Below the pieces are notes generated by a model. It was given only the letters and a program-made list of their open reading frames with translations, did not search any database and was not told where the DNA came from. The translations under genes and the position numbers were made by a program. Positions 15,814-31,348 of a stretch of DNA of 64,000 bases are shown here, piece after piece (the stretch's first letter is position 1; each line of letters begins with the position of its first letter). The DNA is from the human T2T-CHM13v2.0 reference genome, Homo sapiens: assembly GCF_009914755.1 (NCBI RefSeq), contig NC_060939.1. One strand, given 5' to 3'.

Positions 15814-17448
15814 TTAAAACACACTATAACCTCCATAGTTTAAAAAGTGTCATACTAACCTATATGAAGTATATGTGTAAGATGCAGATCTAGTTTTATC
15901 TAAATTGCTACCCAGTTGTCTCGGCACTACTAATTTGTAAGTCCACCAGCTTATTCTACTCATCTATTTGCCTATTCATGTGCCAGTACCATACTTTTTT
16001 AACTGTAGAGGTTTTGTAGCGTGTTCTAACGTTTAGTGGGGATTTTTCCAATTCTTCCCCAGCTACTCCTACATTCTGACTTCATCACATGGACTTTAGT
16101 ATCAACTTTTCTCAATTCATAAAATATCCCGTTTCTAAAAAAAATCCAATTTATAATGAAATATCCTGTTCCTATCAGGATTGCACTCAATTCATCCTTA
16201 AGAGTAATATGTAAACAACTGGTGAATCTCACTTAAGGGTAAACAGACATTCCTTGGACTATAATTGCAACTTCTTTAAAAAAAAAAAAAAAACGCTACA
16301 TATGGCATCTGGTTTGCAACTATTAATTTTGAAATTATATCAAAATAACATGTTATTGGCTGGGCGTGGTGGCGCACACCTGTAATCCCAACACTTTATG
16401 AGGCGGAGCCAGGCAGATCACCTGGGGTCAAGAGTTCGAGACCAGCCTGGCCAACATGGTGAAACCCCATCTCTACCAAAATACAAAAATTAGCTGGGCA
16501 TGGTGGCATCTGCCTGTAGCCCCAGGTACTTGGAAGGCTAAGGAAGGAGAATTGTTTGAACCTGGGAAGCGGAGGTTGCAGTGAGCCGAGATGATGACAC
16601 TGCAATCCAGCCCAGGCGACAGAGCAAGACTCCATCTCAAAAATAATAATAATAAAATAAAATGTTATCAAAACCAAATGAATTAAGAGGAAAAATGCTT
16701 ATACATGTTTAACTCGTTCACATTTTATTCTAGTGCCTGTGATTATCCAGCAACATTCAAACATTTGTAAATTCTCTAAGAAACATATCAACTCCTTTTT
16801 ATTTTATTTAATTTTTGAGATAAAATAAATAAATATTTATTATGTTACACATTCTGTTACACAAGCTAGAGTGCAGTGGTGCGATCTCAGCTCGCTGCAG
16901 CCTCAACCTCCTGGGCTCTATCTATCCTGCCTCAGCCACTTGCATAGGGAGGGCTACAAACATGTGCCGCTACGCCCAGTTCATTTTTGTAGTTTTTGGA
17001 GAGATGGGGTTTCACCATGCTGTCCAGACTGGTCTCAAACTCCTGGGCTCAAGCGATCTACCCACCTCAGCCTCCCAAAGTGCTGGGATTACAGGTGTGA
17101 CCTGCCATGCCTGGCCTCTTTTTAATTTTTTCTAATATCACCTATAAATTGGCTGTCAAGTATCTATTGCTATATTTAGGAAAACTGCATTCTTTTCTTG
17201 AAGAAGTTGTCCTCCAATTTTTTGACCACGGAGCATCACACAATAACTAATTGTCTTGTGAATTCTGACCACATTCTAGAAGAAACTGTTAACTGAAAGA
17301 GTACTACTCAGCATTTTCTTGATTCCAACAGATTAGTTTCTTTGCAGAATTCCTATCTGTGAAAGTATCTAGCTCTCAGAGTTCCTCTTTAGTGGGTGGG
17401 GAGAGAAAACATTCTCCTAATTTCCATCTCCTGGAGGCATTCACTTAC

Positions 17449-17663
17449 CTTTGGTAGTTCCTTTTTCACAATGCTGAGCCATACTTTCCTGCGACGAGCA
17501 TTCAGCTGCTCAATGGATAAGTGCTTTTTCTTAGTGCCAGGGGGAGGTGCATCGTGAGAAAACTTGGCAAAGACTTTGGTCTGGTGGTGATGGCGACGAG
17601 GGGATTCTTCAGAGGAAAGTTCTTCATCTCTTCGTCTTTTTTTCTTCACTTTTTTCAACTTAG
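17449..17663 (-). CDS. INO80: INO80 exon 7 (215 nt; (A)KLKKVKKKRRRDEELSSEESPRRHHHQ...RRRKVWLSIVKKELPK; basic NLS-like tract)
   Basis: Acceptor tttgcag|CT; donor AAG|gtaagt; matches ORF-track 17389..17700. Confidence 0.97.
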
Positions 17664-17829
17664 CTGCAAAAGAAACAGATGCAACAGGTTGCACTTCCAC
17701 AGGAGATAGTCACAAAGCAACCTCATGACTTAAAACATGCAAGGTTCTTTCCTTATTCCACCTGACACTGACAACACATATCCCTTTATCTACTCAGACC
17801 CATGAATATTCCTTGAGGAAGAAAAGTAA

Positions 17830-18108
<279 letters not shown>

Positions 18109-18414
18109 TGAACCTAATAGGTAAGGATGTGTCTGAGGTATCACAGACTCAAGTAATAGTCAAAGGAAGGAAACTTATTTCTACTTGGTGGCAATATAAG
18201 GTGGCTATACATCTATGCAGTGTGGGGAAAATAAGAAAAAAGTATACCTATAAGGTGGATAAAGAAAAATAAAAGAGAAGAAAAAGACATATTGATATGT
18301 CACTAAGACTTGCAAGACAAAAATACATGAAACAAAACCTTAATTCAGGTTGGAGAAAGTGTGTGGAGGGTGAGAAAACACTAATAAAGATAATAGAGAA
18401 AGAAGGGAAGGCTA

Positions 18415-18840
<426 letters not shown>

Positions 18841-19148
18841 TCAGTAAGAGAGGAAAGGACATTTCCTGGCAAACATGCAAACAAACACTACAGAAGATCA
18901 TCAGGAGGTGATCTATTTTAAATCACCTCGGACAGCAACAATGATAACTTATTCCAAACACTTCAGGTTACTTTTCTTACTTCTCTGTGCATAACCAACT
19001 TCCTATCCCAGAACATTTGCAATATTTGCAGAGTGTGTATAAGAAAAATGGAATAAACTAATTTTGCCTAAACCTTTAGCTAGGAATCTGTCTTTCCAAT
19101 TCTAGAACTAAAGACTATAAGCCAAATATGAATTAAGGTTAATAATAT

Positions 19149-19492
19149 AGTCTACCCTTCCTATCTGTGGGTTCCACATCATAGATTCAACCGAGGATCA
19201 AAAATATTCAGGAAAAAAAAAAAAGAATGGTTGCAGCAGCTGTACTGAATATGTACAAACTTTTTTTGGTCATTATTCTCTAAACAATATAGGATAACAA
19301 GTATTTACATAGCATTTACATCATATGAGGTATTATAAGTAATCCAGAGATGACTTAAAGTATACGAGAGGATGTGCACAGCTCATATGCAAATACTATA
19401 CCATTTTACATAATGAATTTGAGCATCTCTGGATTTTGGTACCTGCCAGGGGTCCAGAATCCAATCACCCATGGATACCAAAGGGAAAACTG
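19149..19492 (-). mobile_element. MER2 (TcMar-Tigger non-autonomous DNA transposon)
   Basis: Matches the MER2 pattern (GGTTCCACATC..GATTCAACC, TTTACATAGCATTTACA, TATAAGTAATC..GAGATG, GGATACC..GGGA..ACTG), flanked by TA. Confidence 0.8.
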
Positions 19493-19641
19493 TACTTGCT
19501 ACTAATTAGAAAGGAGAGTTTTTCAGATAAAGCAAATTTCTACCATATGGACTTATATATAAAGTCCAAATGCACCAGTAGGCCACATGCAATTCTGAAA
19601 CTAAGAATGAATATACGTGGAAGGCAGTTCAACATGCTCAC

Positions 19642-19762
19642 CTTTAAGTTTCTTTTCCTCCTTAAATTTCTTTTTCTTGGGTCCAAGTAGGTGCCGTTGT
19701 TGCTCATAGAAAGGGTCATATGTGGAGAGCAGGCCTGCACTGTAGTACTGATATTGCTGCAA
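19642..19762 (-). CDS. INO80: INO80 exon 6 (121 nt; LQQYQYYSAGLLSTYDPFYEQQRHLLGPKKKKFKEEKKLK)
   Basis: Acceptor cttcag|TTG; donor AAG|gtgagc; phase 0/1. Confidence 0.96.
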
Positions 19763-21049
19763 CTGAAGCAGGCAAAGACCATGATGGGCCTGTTTTCTAT
19801 AGTACAGCTTTCAAATTACCTTTACTACAGAAAACTAAGCCAGAGGAAATCATAGCTCCTAAATACAGTATTCTTCCCACAAAGAGATCAGTAACATCTA
19901 GTATATCTAAGGGAATCACTTACTTAACTTCAAACAAAATGAGTTCAACTCCTATACACGTAACAAGTCACTGAAAATAATTTAAGAAAGCAAAACTCTT
20001 CATGCTTCTGAATTTCTACATACTTACTTAAACCTGACATATACTAAGACATGAAATTAATTCCTTGCAGAAATGTCTCCCCTTGGAAATTCACCACCAA
20101 GAAATAAGCCATACTTCTATTACCAACAGTTCCTCAGATTTACTAAGGTTCCTCATGCTTGCTTTTCTTTTTTTTTTTTTTTTTTTTTTGAGACAGAGTC
20201 TTGCTCTGTCGCCAGGCTGGAGTGCAGCGGCATGATCTGGGCTCACTGCAACCTCCGCCCCTTGGTTCAAGCGATTCTCGTGTCTCAGCCTCCCAAGTAG
20301 CTGGGATTACAAGCACACGCCACCACACCCAGCTGATTTTTGTATTTTTAGTAGACACGAGGTTTCACCACGTTGGCCAGGATGGTCTTGATCTCCTGAC
20401 CTCGTGGTCAGCCCATCTCAGTGTCAGCCCACCTCAGCCTCCCAAAGTGCTGGGATTAACAAGTGTGAGCCACTTCAACTGGCCCTTCATGCTTGCTTTT
20501 CTATTAGTCATATGTCTGCTTCAAATAGTCACCAGTCATCCCAATTCTTGAATCTTTCAAGTCTTTCCTCTCTTCATCTCCCACTAAGACAGTCTGCTAT
20601 TATTATAAATAGTGCCTACATTGCCAGAATTCTAACATATGAATAACGTAACTCTTTCCATCCAGGAAGTGGTAAGTAAATGCTTCCAAATATTTCACTT
20701 ACTCCCCAAATCTCATATTAATTTTGTTTCACATATTACTAATGCATAAATATAAATTAAAATTAGGTAGCCCACTATTAAATCTCTTTCCTGGATTATA
20801 GCCAAATAAATTGTCTGAGGACTGAAATAAGACTGAAAGATTAACATGGGGAACTATTACAATGTCCTCTGTTAAAAATCAAAATTAAATTAGCATGCAC
20901 TGAGCTGTACACTTAAAGTCTGATAACTTTCCTATATGTATGTTTTATCTGAATTTAAAAAACAAGCAGGCCAGGCATGGTGGCTCAGCTGGGCGCCATG
21001 GCTCATGCCTGTAATACCAGCACTTTGGAAGGCCAAGGTGGGCAAATTA

Positions 21050-21334
<285 letters not shown>

Positions 21335-21662
21335 TTACTGCTGGAGTTTAAGAAGGAAGGAACTTTTTACATCAAAAGGGTCAGATACTCTGTTAACCAC
21401 TTCTACAGGTTTATAAGGTTCAGAATATTATTCCAATCTCTCTGAACTAACTTTGGACCTTAACTAATTGCTAGAAAATTCTTAGGTCTTCAAATATACT
21501 ATTGCTCATTATGTACAACGTTCCACACTTGTAGAAATAGTCAGAAGGCGGCTGGGCGGGGTGGCTCACCCCTGTAATCCCAGCACTTTGGGAGGCCGAG
21601 GCGGGTGGATCACCTGAGTCTGAGACAAGCCTGACGAACATTGAAAAACCGTATCTCTACTA

Positions 21663-21815
<153 letters not shown>

Positions 21816-21984
21816 TCAATCTCAAAAAAAAAAAAAAAGAAAGAAAGAGTCAGAAGGCTTTGGTAACGGCATTCAAATAGTTGTCACTCAAAACTATCAT
21901 CATTTTAATGTTAGTGTATGAAGAGCTTTCTAAGAGAGAAACACTACACCCAAAGAGCAACTGCATGAATAAGCAACACTAGAA

Positions 21985-22885
21985 TGTAAGCATTCTGGCA
22001 ATTCCTCAAAAGGCTAAGCAAGGTGTTTCCATATGACCCAGCAATTTCACTGTTAAGTATATAATGAAGAGAAACGAAAACACATCAACACAAAACCTGT
22101 ACACAAATCTTCATACCATCATTATTCAAAATAGCCAAAAAGTAGAAATATGCTAATCATAGTTCATGAACTGGACAATGCATATATAAGATAAGGTATA
22201 AATACAACGAATATTTGCAATAAGAAGAAATGAAATGCTGATACATGCTACAACATTAATCAATCTTGAAAATATGACATTAAGTGAGAGAAGCTGGACA
22301 CAGGCACATGTTGCATGATTGCATTTGTATGAAATGTCTAGAATGGGCACATTTATAGAAACAGAGCAGATTGGGCTGGGGATGGTGGCTCACGCCTGTA
22401 ATCCCAGCACTTTGGTAGGCTAAGGCGGGAGGATCACCTGAGGTCAGGAGTTCGAGACCAACCTGGCCAACATGGTGAAAACCCGTCTTTACTAAAAACG
22501 CAAAAAAAAAGCCGGGCGTGGTGGCACACGCCTGTAATCTCAGCTACTCAGCAGGCTGAGCAGGAGAATCGCTTGACCCTGGGAAGCAGAGGCTGCAGTG
22601 AGCCAAGATCGCGCCACTGCACTCCAGCCTGGGCAACAGAGCGAGACTCTGTCCAAAAAAAAGAAAAAAGGAACAGAGTGGATTGGTGGTTGTCTGGACT
22701 GAGGGACAGAAAGAATGAGGGGCAACAGCTAAGAGGCATGCGGTTTCTTTATGAGGTGATGCAAATGTTCTGGAATTAGGCAGTAATGATAGTAACACAA
22801 CTATGAATATATTAAAAAAACACTGAATTGCACACTATATAAGGCTGAAGTTTTGTTATGTGAATTACATCTCAATAAAGCTGCT
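21985..22885 (+). mobile_element. Old L1M (L1MB/ME-type) 3' fragment interrupted by an Alu (22373-22670)
   Basis: CCATATGACCCAGCAATTTCAC, ATACATGCTACAACAT, TGTGAATTACATCTCAATAAAGCTG motifs. Confidence 0.75.
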
Positions 22886-22983
22886 CCACTGCTACCTAAA
22901 GTTAAAATGATGTATCTTTTTTTTTTTAAGAACATATCTTTTAGTCTAGTACATCCGAAGTATTAGTAGTTTAATTTCATTGA

Positions 22984-23376
<393 letters not shown>

Positions 23377-23449
23377 TGATCTGCCCACTTCAGCCTCCCA
23401 AAGTGCTGGGATTACAGGCGTGAGCCACCGCACCCAGTCAGGAATTTTC

Positions 23450-23714
23450 TCTTTTTTTTAAGTACCAGGGTACATGTGCAAGATGTGCAGGTTTGCTACA
23501 CGGGTAAACATGTGCCATGTGGTTTGCTGCACCTATCAACCCATCACCTAAGTATTAAGCCCAGCAAGCATTAGCTGTTTTTCCTGATGCTCTCCCTCCT
23601 CCTGCACCCACCTGCCCAGGCCCAGTGTGTCTTGTTCCCCTTCCTGTGTCCATGTGTTCTCATTGTTCAGCTCCCACTTACACTCACTACTGAGGATAAT
23701 GATTTCCAGCTCCA
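23450..23714 (-). mobile_element. 5'-truncated older L1PA 3' end
   Basis: GGGTACATGTGCAAGATGTGCAGGTTTG...TGTGTCCATGTGTTCTCATTGTTCAGCTCCCACTTA. Confidence 0.88.
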
Positions 23715-24106
23715 TAAAATGATGTATCTCTTTTTTTTTTTTTTTTTTTTTTTGAGACAGAGTCTCGCTCTGTCGCCAGGCTGGAGTGCAGTGCTGTGAT
23801 CTCGGCTCACTGCAACCTCCGCCTCTGGGTTCGAGCAATTCTCCTGCCTCAGCCTCCTGAGTAGCTGGGACTACAGGCGCACGCCACCACACCCAGCTAA
23901 ATTTTGTATTTTTAGTAGACAGGGGGTTTCACCATGTTGGCCGGGATGGTTTCAATTTCTTGACCTCATGATCCGCCCGCCTCGTCCTCCCAAAGTGCTG
24001 GGATTATAGGTGTGAGCCACCACGCCCAGCCAAAATGATGTATCTTTAATGACTATAAAGCAGAGGGTGAATATTCAGTTTGAAGTGTTTCTCCTGAAAC
24101 TCTTAC

Positions 24107-24262
24107 CTCCTTGTCTTTACTATACTTATTTTGGTGAAGTTTCTTATATTTGTGTAGTCGAAGCATGTTGTGAAGTTCTTCTCTGCTGAGATTGAGTTCT
24201 TCTTCATCATCGTCTTCACTCTGAGAATCAGCCTCGCTGGATTCATCACTTAGCAGAATGCT
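24107..24262 (-). CDS. INO80: INO80 exon 5 (156 nt; SILLSDESSEADSQSEDDDEEELNLSREELHNMLRLHKYKKLHQNKYSKDKE)
   Basis: Acceptor ttttcag|AGC; donor GAG|gtaaga; matches ORF-track 24053..24343. Confidence 0.97.
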
Positions 24263-24619
24263 CTGAAAAGGGTGAAAATAGAAATGTATCTTTTGCTGTG
24301 AAGCAATCCCATTTATAATCCAAGCATTTTTTCCTAGATCCAAAACAATGACAAAAACAGCAGAAAGATAGTCACTCCAGTTCCCCTTATGACATGCTTT
24401 ATAAATTCAACTGAAAAACATTAAGAATACTAATTAAACTTAGGGAATACAAACTAAAATGCAATAAAACATGGGACATGTTATCAGCAACAAGGCTAAA
24501 AATTCCTCTGAATACTTACAAAAGTATAAATAATACATAAATATCATATACATACAAACTATACATACATGCCAAACAGGAAGGCAAAAAAAACAACTAC
24601 CTATAGGGTATAAAAAAAT

Positions 24620-25995
24620 ATAGAAAGCAAGCTGTAATGGCCCAAAAGGAGAAATATCCCAAATATCCATTTATTGATAAATGGATAAATAAAATGTGGA
24701 ATATCCAGATAATGAGATGTAATTCAGCCATGAAAAGGAATAACACATGAGTAGGGGCTACAATATGAAGAATCTTGAAAATATTATGCTCAATTAAAGA
24801 AGTCAATCATAAAAGGTCACATTATGATAGGATTCAATTTATACGAAATGTCTAGGCTGGGAGTGGTGGCTCACACCTGTAATCCCAACACTTTGGCAGG
24901 CCCAGGCATGAGGATTGCTTGAGGCCGGGAGTTCGAGACTAGCTTGGGCAACCTAATAAGATCTCTTCTCTACAGAAAAAGACATGTGCCTATAGTCCCA
25001 GCTACTTGGGAGACAGAGGAGGAAGGATTGCTTGACCCCAGGAGTTCAAGGGTGCAGTGAGCTATGGCTGCACCACTGCACTCCAACCTAGGAAACAGAG
25101 CAAGAGCCTGTCTCCTAAAAAGAAAACAAAAACAAAAATTCCAGAAGAGGCACATCAATACAGACAAAAAGCAGATTAGTCGCTGCCAAAGGACAGAGGA
25201 AATAGAAAATGGAGAGTGACTACCGGCCGGGCTCAGTGGCTCATGTCTGTAATCCCAGCACTTCGGGAGGCTGAGGCGGGGGGATCACAAGGTCAGGAGT
25301 TTGAGAACAGCCTGGCTAACATGGTGAAACCCTGTCTCTACTAAAAATACAAAAATTAGCCAGGCGTGGTGGCAAGCGCCTGTAGTTTCAGCTACTCAGG
25401 AGGCTGAGACAGGAGAATCGCTTGAACCCAGGAGGGAGAGGTTGCAGTGAGCTGAGATCACGCCACTGCACTACAGCCTGGGCGACAGAGCAAGACTCCG
25501 TCTCAAAAAAAAGAAAAAAGAAAATGGAGAGTGACTGCTAACGGGTACGGGGTTCATTTCAGAATGTTAAAAATTTTCTGAGATTACATTGTAATCATGG
25601 GTATACAACTTTGTAAATACACGAAAAACTACTAAATTTTAACCTGTAAAAGGGTGAATTTGGCCAGGCACGGTGGCTCACACCTGTAATCCCAGCACTT
25701 TGAGAGGCTGAGGCAGGCAGATTGCTTGAGCTCAGGAGTTCGACACCAGCCTGGGCAACATGGTGAAACCCCCAAAAATTAGTTGAACGTGGTGGTGCGG
25801 GCCTGTAGTCCTACTTCACAGGGGTGAGGCTGGAGGATCACTAGAACCCAGGAGGTCGAAGCTGCACTAAGCTGAGATTGTGCCACCGCACTCCAGCCAG
25901 GGTGAAAAAGTGAGACCCTGTCTCAAAAATAAATAAATAAAAATAAAATAAAATGAAAAGGTGAATTTTATGACAATGAATTATAACTCAATTTT
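24620..25995 (+). mobile_element. Old L1M 3' fragment split by three Alus
   Basis: ATAAATGGATAAATAAAATGTGG, GAGTGACTGCTAACGGGTACGGGGTT, TACAACTTTGTAAATA motifs. Confidence 0.7.
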
Positions 25996-26329
25996 TCAAA
26001 ATATGACGGCTAAGCATAACAATTTCTGCATTTCCAACAGCCTAAAGTGCAACTGATATTAACCAAATCGGACCTTTTACACATGAGCCTTTTGAAGGAC
26101 CTAGTGATAATAATGAAGGGTTTTAATTGCTTTTGAGTACTTCATAGCAAAAGTATAAAAGAGAAATAATTAGTTTCAATAAAAGAAATACTATCCTTAA
26201 TTCAGTTTGGCCACTGACAGTAATCTTGTAAGAGTGTAAATGAGATTAACAACCTCTCTGCTTGTAAACACTCCAACGGCTTATGCCTACGACAGTAAAA
26301 CACGAACTCCTTAACATAGACAAAGCCTG

Positions 26330-26690
26330 TGTGATCACAGTCTTGTAACTTCATCTTCCACCATCCTCCTCATTCACTGTGCTCTAGCCATATTAGACTT
26401 CTTTTTCCACCAAACATACTAAGTTGTTTCTTTTCTCAGGACTTTTGCAGTTGTTCCTTCTGACCGAAATGCCGTTACCCTGGATATAAGATGGTTCTCT
26501 GTGATCATTCAGAATCAGTTGAAATGTTACGTCTTTAAAGAAGCCATGTTTATTTACTTGTTTACAGGCTTACTAACTGCCTGCCTCCTTTAGAATGTAA
26601 GCACCACTGGGCAGGAAACTTGCCCAACCATAATCGTACCTGGCACATGCACATGGATGCACTAAATCAACATCTGTTAAATGAATAAAC
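26330..26690 (+). mobile_element. L2 3' fragment
   Basis: TAGAATGTAAGC...CCTGGCACAT...TGTTAAATGAATAAA L2 3' end. Confidence 0.6.
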
Positions 26691-26833
26691 TACTCAGGAA
26701 CTTATGGAAGTTATGGAATTAATATAAATTATGGAACTTATGGAATTAATATTCCTGATTATGTGACCCAATGAGTGCAAGGACTTCATCTGATAAATTT
26801 TTGTACTTCCTGTTTCCCCTCAGTACGTTATAA

Positions 26834-27488
<655 letters not shown>

Positions 27489-27679
27489 TCATGTTTGCTA
27501 AATGACTTCATTGAATCCTCCAGATTTTCTCAATAATCTCTTCAAAAAAACCACATCCAGTATAAGAGAATCATATTTGAAAAACTCTGTCAATCTGCCA
27601 AAATGAGTTGATAACTTTCCCATCTATTAGTAACTTTAGTAGACTATCTGCACTGTAAACACCCTGCTTTATCTCTTAC

Positions 27680-27747
27680 CTTTAGCCACTTTCTGCTTTT
27701 CTTCAGCTTAGAGAAATTATATAAATTCCCCTTATCACATTTTGATT
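27680..27747 (-). CDS. INO80: INO80 exon 4 (68 nt; (E)SKCDKGNLYNFSKLKKSRKWLK)
   Basis: Acceptor atacag|AA; donor AAG|gtaaga. Confidence 0.95.
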
Positions 27748-27837
27748 CTGTATAAAGAAACACAAAGAATAAAAAAATTAAAGGATGACTGCCCCAAGAT
27801 AACGATAGTCCAAAGGGGGATGTCACACCACACTGAC

Positions 27838-28007
27838 CTGACTGTAGAACTCCATTCAGAGAATATGTGTTTAACATTCCAGAACTGCCTGCTCCAGAAG
27901 TTTCACCAAGCAATGAATTTGGAGGTTCTTCCTTAACTTGTATTAAGGGATCCCCAGACTGGGGCAATAATGGATTACTGTCATCCAGTCCATCTTCACT
28001 GTCATCA
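27838..28007 (-). CDS. INO80: INO80 exon 3 (170 nt; (S)DDSEDGLDDSNPLLPQSGDPLIQVKEEPPNSLLGETSGAGSSGMLNTYSLNGVLQS)
   Basis: Acceptor ttatag|T; donor CAG|gtcagt; phase 2/1. Confidence 0.95.
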
Positions 28008-28246
28008 CTATAAATTGAAGAATGAGTCCACAATTACAGCTGACCCAATAAAATATAATTTAAAGTTAGAACTGGACACTTTACAGAAGAAACTGTTCCT
28101 CTGAAATAAATTGACTTTTTTATTTGAAAGAGGCAAAAGAAAATATCAAACATAAAAATCATAAGATACTTTAATCCTGTAAAATCTGTAAGGATGATGG
28201 AAATCAGGAATTTGGTAAAACATATTGCAAAGATACAATAACATAC

Positions 28247-28389
28247 CTAGAAATATTCCTATTGAAGATAGCTGACGTTTGTCGCAGAAAATGGTCCAAC
28301 CGGAGGGCCCTCTCCAAGTACTGAAGATAGAGGGGCTTTGCCAGCTCAGTGCAGCCTCCATCATCCCTGGCACCCAACTCCGAGGCCAT
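28247..28389 (-). CDS. INO80: INO80 exon 2 coding part (ATG at 28389; exon 2 spans 28247-28432 including 43 nt of 5'UTR)
   Basis: MASELGARDDGGCTELAKPLYLQYLERALRLDHFLRQTSAIFNRNIS; acceptor ctgcag|CC at 28433-34; donor TAG|gtatgt; in-frame TGA 18 nt upstream of the ATG. Confidence 0.97.
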
Positions 28390-29251
28390 AGAACAAATCT
28401 GTCTTCATGCACAAGGACCTCCGACTGCACGGCTGCAGAACAGAGATAAGAAGTGAAAGATGAAATTACTATCCATTCTCCCTTTCTCTTGCCTGCTTGT
28501 TCCCAATGTGAAGAGAAATCAGACCTTCTAGAACACAAGACACTGAAAAGACAGGAGTCTGCAGAAAGATCATGATAAAGCTCTTGTTAGACACTGCCTC
28601 CTAAAGCAAAGGCAGAAGTTAAAAGGATATAAAGAATATAAAAATACAGCAACACAGTTACATTTCACAATGAAAATTCATACTATACTTTTTCAAAACA
28701 GTATCTTAAAATGTATACCCACTTCCTTTATCCCTTTCAATAAAAAATTACCCAAAACTATGAATAAACAACTATCCAAATCTACACCCCAAGCTCACTG
28801 TTGTGCACCTCAGAAAGGAAAGTACTAGAGGAGCACTCGTTCTCAGCATCACCTTCAAAATAGGTGCTGCCCTCTTCATTTTGAATTCATATTCATACAT
28901 ATATGTAAGGTATCTTATTTACAAGGGAATAGATGTATTGGCAGAGTATTTTACTATCCTTTGTAAAAATGCCATAATGAGTAAAATTTAAATTTAGAAA
29001 ATTGGAGCTAAAAGAGTAAAAGTGAGGGTGAGAAACACAGGTATAGCCTAAGCATTCTCTTTGCTACCTTACATTGTTAAAGACAACATTAGGGTCAGAA
29101 CATCTTCACTAGAGACACAATCACACAATCACACAATCAGTATAACAACGCTTCTCCCACCACTTTCTTGTTTGTTTTTGTTTTTTGAGACGGAGTCTCG
29201 CTCTGTCACCCAGGCTGGAGTTCAAGCAATTCTCCTGCCTCAGCCTCCTGA

Positions 29252-29446
<195 letters not shown>

Positions 29447-29558
29447 TAGCATCTGCCTTATACCTGGTTATCTCTAAATACTTAAAGGGTTACACGAAGA
29501 CTAAATAATGACATAATTTAGACTAATAAGCCCACCAAATGACATAAATACTCAATAA

Positions 29559-29711
<153 letters not shown>

Positions 29712-29925
29712 TAGCTAATTTGTTGTATTTTTAGTAGAGATGGGGTTTCACCATGTTGGTCAGGCTGGTCTGGAACTCCTGACCTCAGGTGATCCACCAG
29801 TCCCAACCTCCCAAAGTGCTACGATTACAGGCATGAGCCACTGTACCCAGCCTAAAATACAAAAATACTAAAAATACAAAAATTAGCTGGGCATGGTGGC
29901 AGGCGTCTGTAATCCCACCTACTCA

Positions 29926-30030
<105 letters not shown>

Positions 30031-30319
30031 TCAAAAAACAACAACAACAACAACAACTAAATGAAATGATAAGTTTTTTTGTTTATTTGTGGCGGTTTTT
30101 TTGTATTTTTAGTAGAGACAGGGTTTCACCGTGTTGGCCAGAATGGTCTTGATCTCCTGACCTTGTGATCCGCCTGTCTCAGCCTCCCAAAGTGCAGGGA
30201 TTACAGGCGTGAGCCACCACGCCCGGCCAACTAAGTGATAAGCTTTAAAGGCAATCATACATCTTTGAGTTGTCTTCTCTTTTTTTTACAATTTTCTAAT
30301 ATAACTTTCCTATCTAAAA

Positions 30320-31315
30320 CAGTGTAACTTCTAGAAAAACCAGGAGAAAATCTTCATGACTGACCATAAAAAATTCTAGATATGCAATCAAAAGCACAAA
30401 AGATCAAAAATTAGCCCATGCGAATTAAAAATGTTTACACTTTAAAATATATCATTAAGAAAATGAAGACAAACTAGGCACAGTGGCTCATGCCTGTAAT
30501 CCCAGCACTCTGGGAGACTGAAGTGGGAGGATCACTTCAGCCCAGGAAAACAAGATCAACCTGGGCAACACAGTGAGATCTCATCTCTTCAAAAGAATTT
30601 AAAATTAGCTGGGCATGGTGGCACAGGCCTCTGGACAAACTATTCGGGAGGCTGAAGTGGGAGGATCACTTACAGCCCAGGAGGTTGAGGCTACAGTGAG
30701 CCATGATCTTGCAACTGTACTCCAGCCTGGGTGACAAAAAAAAGAAAAAGAAAATGAAGACAAGCCACAGACTAGAAGATACTTGCAAATCATCTATCTG
30801 ATAAAGGTCTTGTATCCACATATACAACTTTTTTTTTACACAGTTGTTTGTCAGTGTGTACACATAAAACCTACAACTCTATAAGATAAATAACCCAATT
30901 TAAAAATGAGCAAAAGATTTTGAACATTTTACCAACAAAGATGTATGACTAGCTAATAGACACATGAAAAAATGCTAAATATTAATAAATTAAAATTAAA
31001 GCACCATACTACTTCATACCCACTAGAATAATAAAAAAGACAGGCTAGACACAGTGGCTCTCACCTATAATCTCAACATTTAGGAGGCTGAAGTGGGTGG
31101 ATCCCTTGAGCCCAGGAGTTTGAGACCAGCCTGGGCAACATAGCAGGACCGTGTCCCTACAAAAAATTTAAAAATTAGCCAAGTATGGTGATGCGTGCCT
31201 GTAGTGCCAGCTACTCAAGAGGCTGAGGTGAGAGGATTGCTTAAGCCCAGGAAGTCAAGGCTGCAGTGAGCTATCATTGTGCCACTGTGCTCCAGCCTGG
31301 AGTAAGACCCTGTCT

Positions 31316-31348
<33 letters not shown>

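Noticed and set aside
28146-28538. 130-aa alternative-frame ORF across exon 2 as a dual-coding region
   Set aside because: Starts in intron 1 at a non-ATG codon and runs into intron 2, so it is not present intact in spliced mRNA
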